From assembly GCA_963829055.1 (NCBI GenBank), contig CAWHHI010000010.1, positions 32,001 through 96,000 of the forward strand: a stretch of DNA of 64,000 nt, written 5' to 3'. Origin of the DNA: an uncultured Gemmatimonadaceae bacterium (GTDB taxonomy: Bacteria > Gemmatimonadota > Gemmatimonadetes > Gemmatimonadales > Gemmatimonadaceae). This document shows positions 12,311-21,894 of the stretch, piece by piece. Each line of letters starts with the position of its first letter. Positions within the stretch are counted from its first letter, which is position 1. The notes below the pieces were generated by a model that worked only from the letters and a program-made list of their open reading frames with translations, made no database searches and was not told the DNA's origin. Position numbers and translations under genes: made by a program.

Positions 12311-13795
12311 ATGACCGCGAAGGCACCGGAATCGCCGCCAGCCCTCACCAGTAACACCACGAGCTATCTCTACGCGCGGTGGATCTTCCTGCGCGCGCTC
12401 GGACTCATTTTCCTCTCGGCGTTCTATTCGTTCGCGTTTCAGATCCATGGGCTCATCGGCGAGCGCGGGATCCTGCCTGCTCGCGATTACCTGGCGCAGG
12501 TCCACACCGTACTCGGCGGCATCAGGCAGTTCTGGTACGCGCCGACGCTGCTGTGGATCGGCTCGGGAGACACCGCGCTCACCGTGCTCATCGCCGCCGG
12601 CGTCGCGTGCTCCGTCCTCCTCGTGGCGAACGTGTGGCCGAAGCTCAGCGTCGCGCTGTGCACCGTGCTCTTTCTCTCGTGCATCGCGGCGCTCCAGGAT
12701 TTCTCGTCCTATCAATCCGATGGGATGCTCCTCGAGGCGGGCTTCCTCTCCATTTTCTTCGCGCCGCGTGGAGTATGGCCGAGGCTCGGTGTCGAGAATC
12801 CGCCGTCGCGGTGGAGTCTGTTCATGCTCCGCTGGGAGTGGTTTCGCATCTATTTCGAGTCCGGACTCGTGAAGCTCCTGAGCGGAGACCGTCACTGGCG
12901 CGATCTCACGGCGATGGACGAGTACTACCAGAACGGACCGCTGCCGACGTGGATCGGGTGGTACGTGCAGCATCTACCGCACTGGTATCACGCCGCAACG
13001 GTCGTCATCACGCTCGTCGTCGAGCTCGCGATCGTGTGGGCGGTGTTTCTTCCCCGCCCCTTCCGCCTGCTTTGCGCGGCTGCCGTGACCGCGCTCCAGA
13101 TCGGCATCATCGCGACGGCGAACTACGCGTTTCTCAACTACCTCGTCCTCGTGCTCGGCGTCCTGTTGCTCGACGACGCCGTCTTCGCCCGGTGGAGACG
13201 GGTGGATACCGAGCGGCCCGCCCGCGTGGAGACGCGCTGGCGCTCGATCGTTAGGCGTGCCGAGGTCGGCGTGATGGCCGTCCTGTTCTACGCGACGATC
13301 GTCGCGTTCTTCGACCGCGGATCGGCATCGCCCCTGATGGCTCCCGCGCGACTGCTGGCGCCGTTCCGCATCGCGAACGCGTACGGCCTGTTCGCGGTGA
13401 TGACCGAAGCGCGTTATGAGATCGAGTTCCAGGGCAGCCGTGATGGCGTGACCTGGGTCGCGTACCCGTTCCGGTACAAGCCGCAGAACCCTAACGAGCC
13501 GCCGGGTATCTACGCGCCGTATCAGCCACGCTTCGAGTGGAACCTCTGGTTTGCGTCGCTCGGACCGTGGCAGCAGTCCTCGTGGGTCGTGCTCGCACAG
13601 CGGCGGCTGATCGAGGGGAGCCCGGCAGTGCTGCGACTGTTCCGCGGCGATCCATTCCAGGGAAAGCCGCCCGCGTTGGTGAGAACGGTGCTCTGGCAGT
13701 ACTGGTTCACCGATCTCGACACCAAGCGGAAGACCGGCGCGTGGTGGCGACGCACGGAGCTCGGCCCGTTCACGGGGGTCGTGGGCGAGCCGTGA
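12311..13795 (+). CDS. Lipase maturation factor (LMF1) family membrane protein
   Basis: RWIFLRALGLIF, QSDGMLLEAGF, SGLVKL, YYQNGPLPT, TANYAFLNYL, NAYGLFAVMT, PYQPRFEWNLWFA motifs. Confidence 0.9.
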   Translation: MTAKAPESPPALTSNTTSYLYARWIFLRALGLIFLSAFYSFAFQIHGLIGERGILPARDYLAQVHTVLGGIRQFWYAPTLLWIGSGDTALTVLIAAGVACSVLLVANVWPKLSVALCTVLFLSCIAALQDFSSYQSDGMLLEAGFLSIFFAPRGVWPRLGVENPPSRWSLFMLRWEWFRIYFESGLVKLLSGDRHWRDLTAMDEYYQNGPLPTWIGWYVQHLPHWYHAATVVITLVVELAIVWAVFLPRPFRLLCAAAVTALQIGIIATANYAFLNYLVLVLGVLLLDDAVFARWRRVDTERPARVETRWRSIVRRAEVGVMAVLFYATIVAFFDRGSASPLMAPARLLAPFRIANAYGLFAVMTEARYEIEFQGSRDGVTWVAYPFRYKPQNPNEPPGIYAPYQPRFEWNLWFASLGPWQQSSWVVLAQRRLIEGSPAVLRLFRGDPFQGKPPALVRTVLWQYWFTDLDTKRKTGAWWRRTELGPFTGVVGEP

Positions 13796-14127
13796 TCGCG
13801 GCCGCCCACATGCCTCATCTCATTTCAGGCCATCGATCAGAGTTCCCGAGGCATTGGGCCGACAGCCGATGCCGACACCAACAGCAACATCGCCGGCAGT
13901 AACAAAGTCAGCAGTGCTCTCGACCCAAAGTCCCGGAACGTGAACAGCACGATCACGAGGCCGACCGCGCGGACCCGACAGATTGCGTTGGACACCAGGG
14001 AATTCAGCCGGGTCGGATGCGGGCTTCGTGCCAATGCCGCGTTATGCAGCCGAAATGATTCGTCGCTAGTGAGCCGCCTCGGGCGATGTCCATGCTCGAG
14101 CTACCGCCGTTAGGCATGTGCGAGGAC

Positions 14128-14766
14128 TCATGCGTTGCGCCGCGGCGTTCCGTCAGCGGTATCGAGCCCCAGAATACCGCGGATGATCCGCGATACCACC
14201 GGAGCTACGTCTTCGGGGGTTCGCCGCGCGCCGGCGAATGCGTCGAACGTGTCGAAGCTCAGGAGCACATACAGCACATTCACCAGCTCGTCGCGCGGGA
14301 CAACAGGACTGACCCGAGACCCGAGGCGACGAAGCAGCTCTGTCACACCCTTCCGCCGCCGCTCGTTGCGCCGTTCCATCGCCGTCGCGAGCTCTTCGTC
14401 ATGGAGCGCGGCAGCGCGCAGTCGCCGGTGCGCTCGACGGTTGAGCGTCCAGAATCGCGCGAAGATCGCGATGTACTGGTCCAGCGCGACGAGCGGATCA
14501 GGCTCCTTGAAGATGTCGGCCATCTGACCGAGTGGGCCGCGTAGCGCGAGGGAATCGAAGAGCGCTTCGAGGAGGCCCGCCTTCGACTCGAACTGATTGT
14601 ACACCGTCATGCGAGCCACCCCCGCTCGGCGCGCCACGGCGTCGATCGAGAAGCCTTCCGCCTCGTCGTCCTCGAGCAGGTCGCGGGCAGCTACGACGAT
14701 GCGTTCGCGACCGGCGTCGACTGCGCGCTGACGTTCCACTGCCGTGTATGTCCGGCGTTTCGCCAT
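14128..14766 (-). CDS. TetR/AcrR family transcriptional regulator
   Basis: N-terminal HTH SIDAVARRAGVARMTVYNQFESKAGLL. Confidence 0.92.
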   Translation of the reverse strand: MAKRRTYTAVERQRAVDAGRERIVVAARDLLEDDEAEGFSIDAVARRAGVARMTVYNQFESKAGLLEALFDSLALRGPLGQMADIFKEPDPLVALDQYIAIFARFWTLNRRAHRRLRAAALHDEELATAMERRNERRRKGVTELLRRLGSRVSPVVPRDELVNVLYVLLSFDTFDAFAGARRTPEDVAPVVSRIIRGILGLDTADGTPRRNA

Positions 14767-14778
14767 GGGTTGATTTCG

Positions 14779-14817
14779 TTATACTGGCAGTCTAATTTCG
14801 TTGGACGACACGTCTAA
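14779..14817. promoter_or_regulatory. Two imperfect palindromes, probable TetR operators
   Basis: TTATAC-N5-GTCTAA (14779-14795) and TTGGAC-N5-GTCTAA (14801-14817), 22 bp apart, between the divergent tetR and membrane-protein genes. Confidence 0.6.
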
Positions 14818-14846
14818 CATGCGAAATCTGGCTAGCGGAGGCGAGA

Positions 14847-15221
14847 ATGAGTCTGTCTCGAAAGCTTCTCATGGGCATGCGCGTCGGCGCCGGACTTCAG
14901 GTGCTGGTGGGCATCGCGCTCTGGATGGGTTACTGGTATTCGCTCGTGAACGTCCACATGCTCATCGGTGTGGTGTTCGTTCTGCTCCTGTGGACGATCG
15001 CCGGCATCGCGATCTCGCACAGGCAGAGCGTGGGCCTGGCCGCGTTCGCGATCGCGTGGGGTCTGCTGGTGGCGGGGGTCGGCATGACGCAGCAGGGCCT
15101 GCTGCCCGGCGACCTCCACTGGATCGTCCGCGTTATGCACCTCGTGATCGGACTGGCGGCGATGCCGATCGCGGAACGGCTGGCTGGTAGTCCCGCACGG
15201 AGTTCCCTCCAACCAGCCTGA
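14847..15221 (+). CDS. Small four-TM membrane protein with two intramembrane His
   Basis: GGAGG RBS; four hydrophobic helices; VHMLIG and MHLVIG. Confidence 0.8.
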   Translation: MSLSRKLLMGMRVGAGLQVLVGIALWMGYWYSLVNVHMLIGVVFVLLLWTIAGIAISHRQSVGLAAFAIAWGLLVAGVGMTQQGLLPGDLHWIVRVMHLVIGLAAMPIAERLAGSPARSSLQPA

Positions 15222-15262
15222 CCCATTGTGACGCGCGAGCGGTTCAGCCGGTTTGGCACCGC

Positions 15263-15781
15263 ATGACTGCACACACTCCCCGTCGTTTCCGTACCGGTGC
15301 CCTGATCACGCTGATCACCGCCGCCGGGGCGGGCGCGGCGTGTACCGACAGATCGTCGTCGACCGGTCTGGGCACTCCGCAGGTGGAAGTCCCAACCGCC
15401 ATGGTCGAGGGAGCCGGGTCGCTCAGCGAGCTCCAGCAGCGACGCGCGGCCTGGGTGGCGCGCGGCATCGCCGACTACCGCGTTCAGCTGCGAATCTCCT
15501 GCTTCTGCGGCAGCGAGATCACACGTCCGGTGCTCTTGGAGGTACGCGGTGGCGTGGTCTCGAAGGTCTGGGATCTCGAGACCGCAAAGCCGGTCCCGCC
15601 GCTGGCCGCGTATCCCACCATCACGCAGCTCTTCGACAACGCGATCGCGGAGCGGTCGCGCGAAGGCTTCGTCACAGTCACGTATGATCGCGCGACGGGG
15701 ATCCCGGCGAGCCTCGTGATCGGCACGCTCGCCAACGACGCGGGAACCGCCTATCAGCTCGGCGGCCTAACGCGGCTGTAG
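15263..15781 (+). CDS. DUF6174-like secreted lipoprotein
   Basis: Lipobox GAAC; W-x5-DY...CFC, TITQLF and VTYD-x3-GIP motifs. Confidence 0.7.
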   Translation: MTAHTPRRFRTGALITLITAAGAGAACTDRSSSTGLGTPQVEVPTAMVEGAGSLSELQQRRAAWVARGIADYRVQLRISCFCGSEITRPVLLEVRGGVVSKVWDLETAKPVPPLAAYPTITQLFDNAIAERSREGFVTVTYDRATGIPASLVIGTLANDAGTAYQLGGLTRL

Positions 15782-15803
15782 CGCCAGTCGCGCGCGGGCG
15801 GCA

Positions 15804-16562
15804 TCACGCCATTACGGCGCCGCCACTGACGTCCAGAATGGCGCCCGTGATCCACGCCGACTGATCGGACGCCAGGAACACCGCGGCGCGTGCGACGTCG
15901 TCCGGAGTGCCCAACCGCCGGATGGGATGCATGTCGACGAGCGACCGCTTCTGCGCTTCAGGGATACGCTCCTCGTTGCGGTCCGTGAGAATCGTTTCCG
16001 GCGCGATGCAGCTCACGCGAATACCGTCCGGCCCCACCTGCGCGGCCAGGTGCTGCGTGAGCATCTGAATGCCGGCCTTCGCGGCGGCGTACGGAATAGG
16101 CGACTGCGGATGCGGCCGGCGTGCGGCAGCCGACGACATCGTGATGATGCACCCGGATTTCCGCTCCTTCATCCGCGGGAGGAAGCACTTGATGGTCAGG
16201 AACGTCGCCGTGAGGTTCCCCTCGACCAATGCGTGCCAGCCATCCTCTGGAATCGTTTCGAGCGGGCCGGGCATGGTGAAGCTGCCGCCGGCGTTGGCGA
16301 CGAGGATGTCCACCGGCCCCAGAGCCTGTTCAATGTCCGCGCGCATCGCCTGGAGGTCGGCGAACACCGTCACGTCGCCAGTGACCTGCCTAACGCTGCC
16401 ACCGTCGCGCGCGATCTCGTCCGCCACCGCCGAGAGTGCCGCGCGGTCCCGCCCGTGTACGACGACCGTCGCCCCTTCCCGTGCGAACCGCAGCGCGATC
16501 GCGGCGCCAATGCCTCGCGAGCTGCCTGTCACGAGGGCGACCTTCCCCGTCAGCTCGGCCAT
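15804..16562 (-). CDS. SDR family NAD(P)-dependent oxidoreductase
   Basis: TGSSRGIG, NAG, YAAAK, final ITGAILDVSGG. Confidence 0.93.
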   Translation of the reverse strand: MAELTGKVALVTGSSRGIGAAIALRFAREGATVVVHGRDRAALSAVADEIARDGGSVRQVTGDVTVFADLQAMRADIEQALGPVDILVANAGGSFTMPGPLETIPEDGWHALVEGNLTATFLTIKCFLPRMKERKSGCIITMSSAAARRPHPQSPIPYAAAKAGIQMLTQHLAAQVGPDGIRVSCIAPETILTDRNEERIPEAQKRSLVDMHPIRRLGTPDDVARAAVFLASDQSAWITGAILDVSGGAVMA

Positions 16563-16567
16563 CGGCC

Positions 16568-16945
16568 CTACCGACCGACGAGCGCGAGGATGTTGCCGTC
16601 AGGATCCTTGAACCAGGCGGCGCGGGACTTTCCGGTCACGTGAAGATCGCCGTGGCGCTCCATGCCCGGAAAATCGTAGTGCTCGAACTTCACGCCCTTC
16701 GCCTTGAGTGCCTCGACCACCGCCTCGAGATCGCCGTCCACCATCCACGTCGCGGCCGTCGCGCGGTTCGTTCCGGCAAACTGCGACTGGTAGACGAGGA
16801 TGGACGTCTTCCCCGTCTTGAACGGGAGCACGCCAGGCTCGCTCGCGGGCATTGGCGTTAGGCCGACGACGGCCTCGTAGAATCTCCTCGCCGCCTCGAT
16901 GTCCTTCACCGCGATCGTCGCCGTCGCGTCGTTGTCGCCGAGCAT
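16568..16945 (-). CDS. VOC/glyoxalase family protein
   Basis: ARRFYEAVVGL and AWFKDPDGNIL; GGAGG RBS. Confidence 0.9.
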   Translation of the reverse strand: MLGDNDATATIAVKDIEAARRFYEAVVGLTPMPASEPGVLPFKTGKTSILVYQSQFAGTNRATAATWMVDGDLEAVVEALKAKGVKFEHYDFPGMERHGDLHVTGKSRAAWFKDPDGNILALVGR

Positions 16946-17033
16946 GGTCTACCTCCAGAACGTGAGCCGAAATCGGGACGGGTGAGCGAGCCCGAGACCG
17001 CGAATCTCGGGCCGCCCGCCAGCTCAGTCCGGA

Positions 17034-17612
17034 TTATCCCGGCGCGTGACCGGTCTCGTCTGGCGTCCGAGGGCGAGCGTCACGACGCGTCGTGATCGCC
17101 CAGTCCGCACGCGGATCGTCCATGTCGAGGCGCCGGATCCCGCCCGCGAATCGTCCCTGCAGGCGCGTGTACTCGGCCTGCTTCGCGGCGTCGGGATGCG
17201 TCCAGTCATGGAGGTAGTACACCTCCTTCACACCGGCCTGCAGCATCTCCTTCGTGCACCCGAAGCACGGACGCATCGTCGAGTACACGGTGCTTCCCTG
17301 CACCGCGATCCCGAAGCGGGCCGCCGCGAGCAAGGCGTTCTGCTCCGCGTGAACGCAGATGCACAGATCGTAGCCGGTGCCCGACGGGTATTGATCACGG
17401 TTTGCGCACCGGTGGCAGCCGCCCTCGGAGCAGTTGGGCATGTTCTCCGGCGTGCCGTTGTAGCCGGTCGAAACGATGCGACGGTCTACGACGACGATCG
17501 CACCCACACGGTTGCCGGTACAGTCCGCACGCTCGCGCACGGCGAGCGCGATACCCATGAAGTACCGGTGCGGGTCGGGGCGAGCGATCTGAGGTCCGTC
17601 GGCGCTGGTCAT
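17034..17612 (-). CDS. dCMP deaminase (ComEB-like) family protein
   Basis: VGAIVV, TGYNG, HAEQNA, PCFGC zinc motifs. Confidence 0.9.
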   Translation of the reverse strand: MTSADGPQIARPDPHRYFMGIALAVRERADCTGNRVGAIVVVDRRIVSTGYNGTPENMPNCSEGGCHRCANRDQYPSGTGYDLCICVHAEQNALLAAARFGIAVQGSTVYSTMRPCFGCTKEMLQAGVKEVYYLHDWTHPDAAKQAEYTRLQGRFAGGIRRLDMDDPRADWAITTRRDARPRTPDETGHAPG

Positions 17613-17751
17613 GCGGAGACAATACGAAACACCGGGCGTCTTTTCGAGCCGGCGCGAGCCGGTGTGTTTGGCGGCCCGGATGCTTCAGGCGAGTCGGCTT
17701 TGCTGGCATCTCGTCTGCATTCGTTCTGCGGGTATGCAGGCCAATCACCCA

Positions 17752-19239
17752 ATGGAAAATCCGCCGTCTAGCGCACAGGCGGCGGGGGACGACTCGTCAG
17801 ACGACACGCAGAACGAGATCACGCCCGAAGACCGCGAGCGCGAGGCCGCCTACCGCAGAGGCGAGGCTCGCGAGCGCGAGCGCGCGGAGGGGAAATGGAC
17901 CGGGCGCGACCACTCCTTCCGTCGCGAGAGCGTCCCCGCCACCATTCGCGCCTTCGCCGCGCTCGCCGAGAACGTGCGAGACTATGCAATTTTTCTGATG
18001 AACCCCGACGGAGTCATCACGTACTGGGGCGAGGGCGCGCGCTTCATCAAGTGGTGGACGAAAGACCAGGCCGAGGGCGGTCACCTGCGCCTGCTCTATC
18101 CGTCGGGCGGCTCGGAAGACGGAACGGCTGAAGACCACCTGCGCGAGGCCGCCGAACGCGGCGAGTACACGGGCGAAGGCCACCGTATGCGCAGCGACGG
18201 CTCGAAGTTCTGGGGCGGCATCACGCTCACGGCGTTACGCGACGAGGACGGCACCCTGCTCGGGTTCGCCAAGCTCACGCGCGACCTGACAGCCAGGAGG
18301 GCCGCCGACAATCTGCTGCAGGCGGCGGCCGAAGCGGCCGAGGCGGCGAGCCAGGCGAAGAGCAGCTTCCTCGCGACGATGAGCCATGAGATCCGCACGC
18401 CGGTCAACGCGATCATCGGCTATCACGAGCTGTTGGCGATGGAGACGGACGGTCCGCTCACGCCCGTGCAGCGGCGTCACCTCGCGCGCGCGACCGCGAG
18501 CGGCCGTCATCTGCTCGCGCTCATTTCGGAGGTGCTCGACTTTTCTCGCATCGACGCGGACCGCGTACTGGTCGGCCGGAATGCATTCCGGGTGGGCGAC
18601 GTGGTCAGCGCGGCGCTGAGCTTCATCGCGCCGGATGCTCGGGCGCGTGGGCTCGAGCTCGTCGACAAACTGGGCGGACGTGCTGCGGGACTCATGGCAT
18701 GGGGCGACGAGAGTCGCGTTCGACAGGTCCTGATCAACCTTCTCTCCAACGCGGTCAAGTTCACGGAGGGCGAAGGCGGGCAGGCAGGCCGCGTCACGGT
18801 CAGCGCCGGCATGGCGGCAGAGCCATCCCCCGACGCACGTCTCTCGGGCGACGGCCCATGGGTTTACATCCGTGTCGAGGACACCGGCGCCGGCGTTCCC
18901 AACAGTCGACTCGAGGCCATCTTCGAGCCGTTCGTCCAGGCGGACATGACGCTGACTCGTCCGTACGGCGGTACCGGGCTCGGTCTTGCCATCAGCCGCC
19001 GTCTCGCGCGCCTCATGGGAGGTGACGTGACGGCACGAAGCGAGGAGGGGGTTGGGTCCAGCTTTTTCCTCTGGCTTCCCGCGGCACCGGTCGAGTCGAT
19101 GCAGAGCGGTGGCGTCGAGGGGCACAACCCGCCGGTGGATGTCACGCCGGCGCACGAGCCTGGACTCGGCAAACAGGACGAGGAACCCGTGCAGGACCCG
19201 GAGGCCGCTACCGCGAGACCTGAAACAGGACGTTCCTGA
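17752..19239 (+). CDS. PAS-domain sensor histidine kinase
   Basis: PAS (DYAIFLMNPDGVITYWG...RSDGSKFW...FAKLTRDLT), H-box FLATMSHEIRTP, N-box NLLSNAVKFT, DTGAG, GTGLGL. Confidence 0.9.
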   Translation: MENPPSSAQAAGDDSSDDTQNEITPEDREREAAYRRGEARERERAEGKWTGRDHSFRRESVPATIRAFAALAENVRDYAIFLMNPDGVITYWGEGARFIKWWTKDQAEGGHLRLLYPSGGSEDGTAEDHLREAAERGEYTGEGHRMRSDGSKFWGGITLTALRDEDGTLLGFAKLTRDLTARRAADNLLQAAAEAAEAASQAKSSFLATMSHEIRTPVNAIIGYHELLAMETDGPLTPVQRRHLARATASGRHLLALISEVLDFSRIDADRVLVGRNAFRVGDVVSAALSFIAPDARARGLELVDKLGGRAAGLMAWGDESRVRQVLINLLSNAVKFTEGEGGQAGRVTVSAGMAAEPSPDARLSGDGPWVYIRVEDTGAGVPNSRLEAIFEPFVQADMTLTRPYGGTGLGLAISRRLARLMGGDVTARSEEGVGSSFFLWLPAAPVESMQSGGVEGHNPPVDVTPAHEPGLGKQDEEPVQDPEAATARPETGRS

Positions 19240-20362
19240 TCGGCGCGCCATCGCGCCGGTCGCCCGTCGCGCGTTGATCGACGTCGAACAGCCGATCGAC
19301 GTTGTTGCCGGCCACGTCCTCCAGCGCACTCTCCACGCGCAACGTGTGGCTGCCGGCAACCCACACCGTGGACGGCGAGAACACCCAGATGCTGTCACCC
19401 TCGGCCAATTGGGCCGAGCCGGCGATCGGGCGGCCGTTGCTATCGAGCTACGGAGATCATCCGGCTGGCCAGCGCGTGATCGAGCGGCTCGCCGAACGCG
19501 ACACGTAGCCCGTCGCGCGTCCCGGCCCGCGGCGGCGTTAGGCGCCAGCGCGTCGGGATCGGGCGATCGCCGGTCGGCGGCAACGGCCGCGAACGCGAGG
19601 CGGTAGCCGGACGCGATCGGAGTCCCAGTTCCGTCCGGCCACTGGTCGTCGATGACGAGCGTGTAGCGTCGTCCCGCGACGAGCGGCGCGCCCGACTCGA
19701 GGTTCGTTCGGATCCCTCGCTTCACGCGCCCGGGGTCGAATAGCAGCGTGAGACGACGGCGCTCGGGATCCCAGAGCTCCTGATCCAGCGCGAGGAACGC
19801 GCTGTTCACCTCACGCCCTGCTTCATCGATGAGGTGCACGTGCGCGAGCGCGCTGCCCGCCTCCATGGGCGCCGAGAACTCGAGATACCACCGAAGGAGA
19901 TTGCTCGGTAATTCCGGAAGCGCTGGATGAACGGCAATGATCCGCGTCGTTCGTTGACGCGCCGTGACGGGAATCGCAAAGCGATGCGTGATCGGTGGCG
20001 TCTCGCTCGCGCGTCCGGCCATGACGCCTAACGCTGACATATCGACGTCGACCCGGTACTTCACGCCGGGAACGAATGGGAACCGCGGCGTGAAATGGAG
20101 CGTGGTGCCGCTCGCCGTGTACCGGCCGAGTACGGGTGGGGTGTGCGCGGCTCGCGGGGATGCCGACGTGGTGTCGGTGACAGGATTGTCGCCATCGACG
20201 TACACGGCGACGACTCGCGACCACAGGGAGTCGTCGGGCGCGAGCTGCGAGAGCTTGGTCGTGGTGGTGCGGTACGATGCCGGTGACGTGGACGGCGTGC
20301 TGTGGTCCGGTCAGGCTTGCTGATATCGAGACAGGTGGCGGTTCGGCGCACGCGGCCGCCAT
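19208..20362 (-). CDS. Hypothetical lipoprotein with Ig-like (Big_5-like) domains; frameshifted; true start uncertain
   Basis: AAAC lipobox near 20350; FTPRFPFVPG, LPSNLLRWYLEFSAPM, ELWDPERRRLTLLFDPGRVKRG, LEDVAGN. Spread over ORFs 19823..20713, 18235..20205 and 19208..19408. Confidence 0.7.
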
Positions 20363-20379
20363 TGCGAGGAAGGCTGTGG

Positions 20380-20620
20380 CAAACGGCAACTGCAAGAAGA
20401 CAGGATTGCCAGGATTGGCAGGATTACAGGATGACTGCCTCGACGTCGGGAGCGTGTCGCCAGGGCCTAACGAATGTGGAACAGATCTCAGAGAGAGTGG
20501 CGTCGCGAGCGGCTGTTCCCCTTGTTCTCCTGGGCTCGTTGCGCGAAGGACACTGAGTGCGACACGGAGGCTCTGTTCAATCCTGTCCATCCTGCCAATC
20601 CTGTCCTGCTGTTGCCGTTT
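20380..20620. repeat. Family-B palindromic element (MITE-like)
   Basis: AACGGCAACTGC...ACAGGATTGCCAGGATTGGCAGGATTACAGG left arm and ATCCTGTCCATCCTGCCAATCCTGTC...GTTGCCGTT right arm; homologous to 41479-41930. Confidence 0.8.
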
Positions 20621-20640
20621 GGCACCGTCATGTTCACAGA

Positions 20641-20712
20641 AGATCCCTCGCTTGCGCTCGGGATGACAACGGCTGACGCTCGGGATGACAACGGGCCGGC
20701 GCTCGGATGACA
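20641..20712. repeat. REP family A1 right arm, triplicated
   Basis: AGATCCCTCG followed by three CGCTCGG(G)ATGACA units. Confidence 0.8.
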
Positions 20713-21894
20713 TCAGAGCCAGTTCAATCCCTGACTGACCACGTTGAGCTGACCGGTGTCGATGTCACGCTGCAGGAGCACGAGATTGCTCGCGTTGTAG
20801 TTATCCAGCTGCAGCACGCCGATCACCGCCACTGGTAAGTAGCCGACGCCCGCCGGCTGCCACGCCTGCTTCACCGCCGATGTCATTGGCTTCGCGGACG
20901 CGATCTCCGCGGGGTCGAGCCGCGTCAGCGTGCGGTTGCTGTTCGCGATCAGGATGTACTCCTTGCCCTTCGGGTTCGTGTAGCGAACCATGTCGAACGG
21001 ACGGTTCCCGCCACCCAACTCGGCCACCGTCTTCCCGCGCACGTGCTTCTGGCCGGCAAGGGCGGCGCGCGCGACGGTCACGATCGGCGAGCAACCGTAG
21101 CCCGCAACGAGTGACGGTGTGCCAGCTAGGGTAATCGGCAGGAACGACTCGATCGGCGACGCGGTTTCGTAGCGGTCGTGCGACGTGTGGAACATCTCGA
21201 CCGTCGTCGTGCTCGCCGCGCGACCGAACGGGTACGGCAACCGCCGCAGCGTCGACGCGAACTCCTCGTTCCCGAGGCCGGCGACGTAGAGCTCTCCGTC
21301 CGCCAGCGCGATATCGGTGATGGAGAACGCGCGCTTGGGCTCGCCCCACGGCGTCTTCGCGTCGGCGTTAGGCGCATCGGTGAGGGCCGCGCGGGCGTTC
21401 ATGATACGCTCGAGCGGCAGCACGGTGACCTTCTCGTCAGCTTTCGTCACGCTGACGACGAGCGGCACCGCGTCGTTGCCCTTTCCGCGCGTCAGCGAGA
21501 AGTACAGCGATTGCGAGAGCGGATGCGCCACCATGTCCACGATGTGAAGCTGGTCGCGCGTGGTCCCGAGCGCGGCAGCGATCTTCCCATCGACGTCGTC
21601 GATGCGGACGGCGGTCCGGGAGGTGTCACGATGTGCTTCCGCGACATCGACGGCGTAGATCGCGGCGCCGCGCGGATCGGCGATGAAGAGCGTACCGTCC
21701 GGCGAGAAATACATCACGCCGGCCGACTGTAGTTCGACGGCGCCCATGTGCATGCCCACGGACACAGACGAAGCGATGGGCGTTGGATGGTCGGGCAGCT
21801 CATCGGGTAAGCCGATGGCGCTTGTGCCGTCCTTCGTGGCGACGAGAGTCGCAAGGCCTGTGACGGCGAGCGTGATGCGCGTAAGCCCCTTCAT
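20713..21894 (-). CDS. Conserved secreted hypothetical protein (possible beta-propeller)
   Basis: GGAGG RBS, signal peptide MKGLTRITLAV; SAGVMYFSPDGTLFIAD, LYVAGLGNEEFASTLRR, GKTVAELGGGNRP. Confidence 0.8.
   Translation of the reverse strand: MKGLTRITLAVTGLATLVATKDGTSAIGLPDELPDHPTPIASSVSVGMHMGAVELQSAGVMYFSPDGTLFIADPRGAAIYAVDVAEAHRDTSRTAVRIDDVDGKIAAALGTTRDQLHIVDMVAHPLSQSLYFSLTRGKGNDAVPLVVSVTKADEKVTVLPLERIMNARAALTDAPNADAKTPWGEPKRAFSITDIALADGELYVAGLGNEEFASTLRRLPYPFGRAASTTTVEMFHTSHDRYETASPIESFLPITLAGTPSLVAGYGCSPIVTVARAALAGQKHVRGKTVAELGGGNRPFDMVRYTNPKGKEYILIANSNRTLTRLDPAEIASAKPMTSAVKQAWQPAGVGYLPVAVIGVLQLDNYNASNLVLLQRDIDTGQLNVVSQGLNWL

Noticed and set aside
13800..14125. Possible small membrane ORF (13837..14034 minus) or gene remnant
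   Set aside because: Hydrophobic, but no convincing RBS or family motif; cannot be supported.
17034..17612. Deaminase as an anti-phage dCTP deaminase or as a competence gene linked to the octamer
   Set aside because: It is a single-domain dCMP deaminase with no kinase-like N-domain, in a housekeeping-like context; no other defence or competence genes are in the window.
1367..19570. Frequent GCGATCGC/CGATCG as a HIP1 signal
   Set aside because: Readily explained by the preferred codons GCG-ATC-GCN in high-GC DNA; enrichment cannot be claimed without a codon-aware null.
18235..20205. 656-aa minus-strand ORF and other long antisense ORFs (e.g. 24592..26133, 47524..49299)
   Set aside because: Shadow or off-frame ORFs typical of high-GC DNA; only 19550-20205 of the first has protein-like content.
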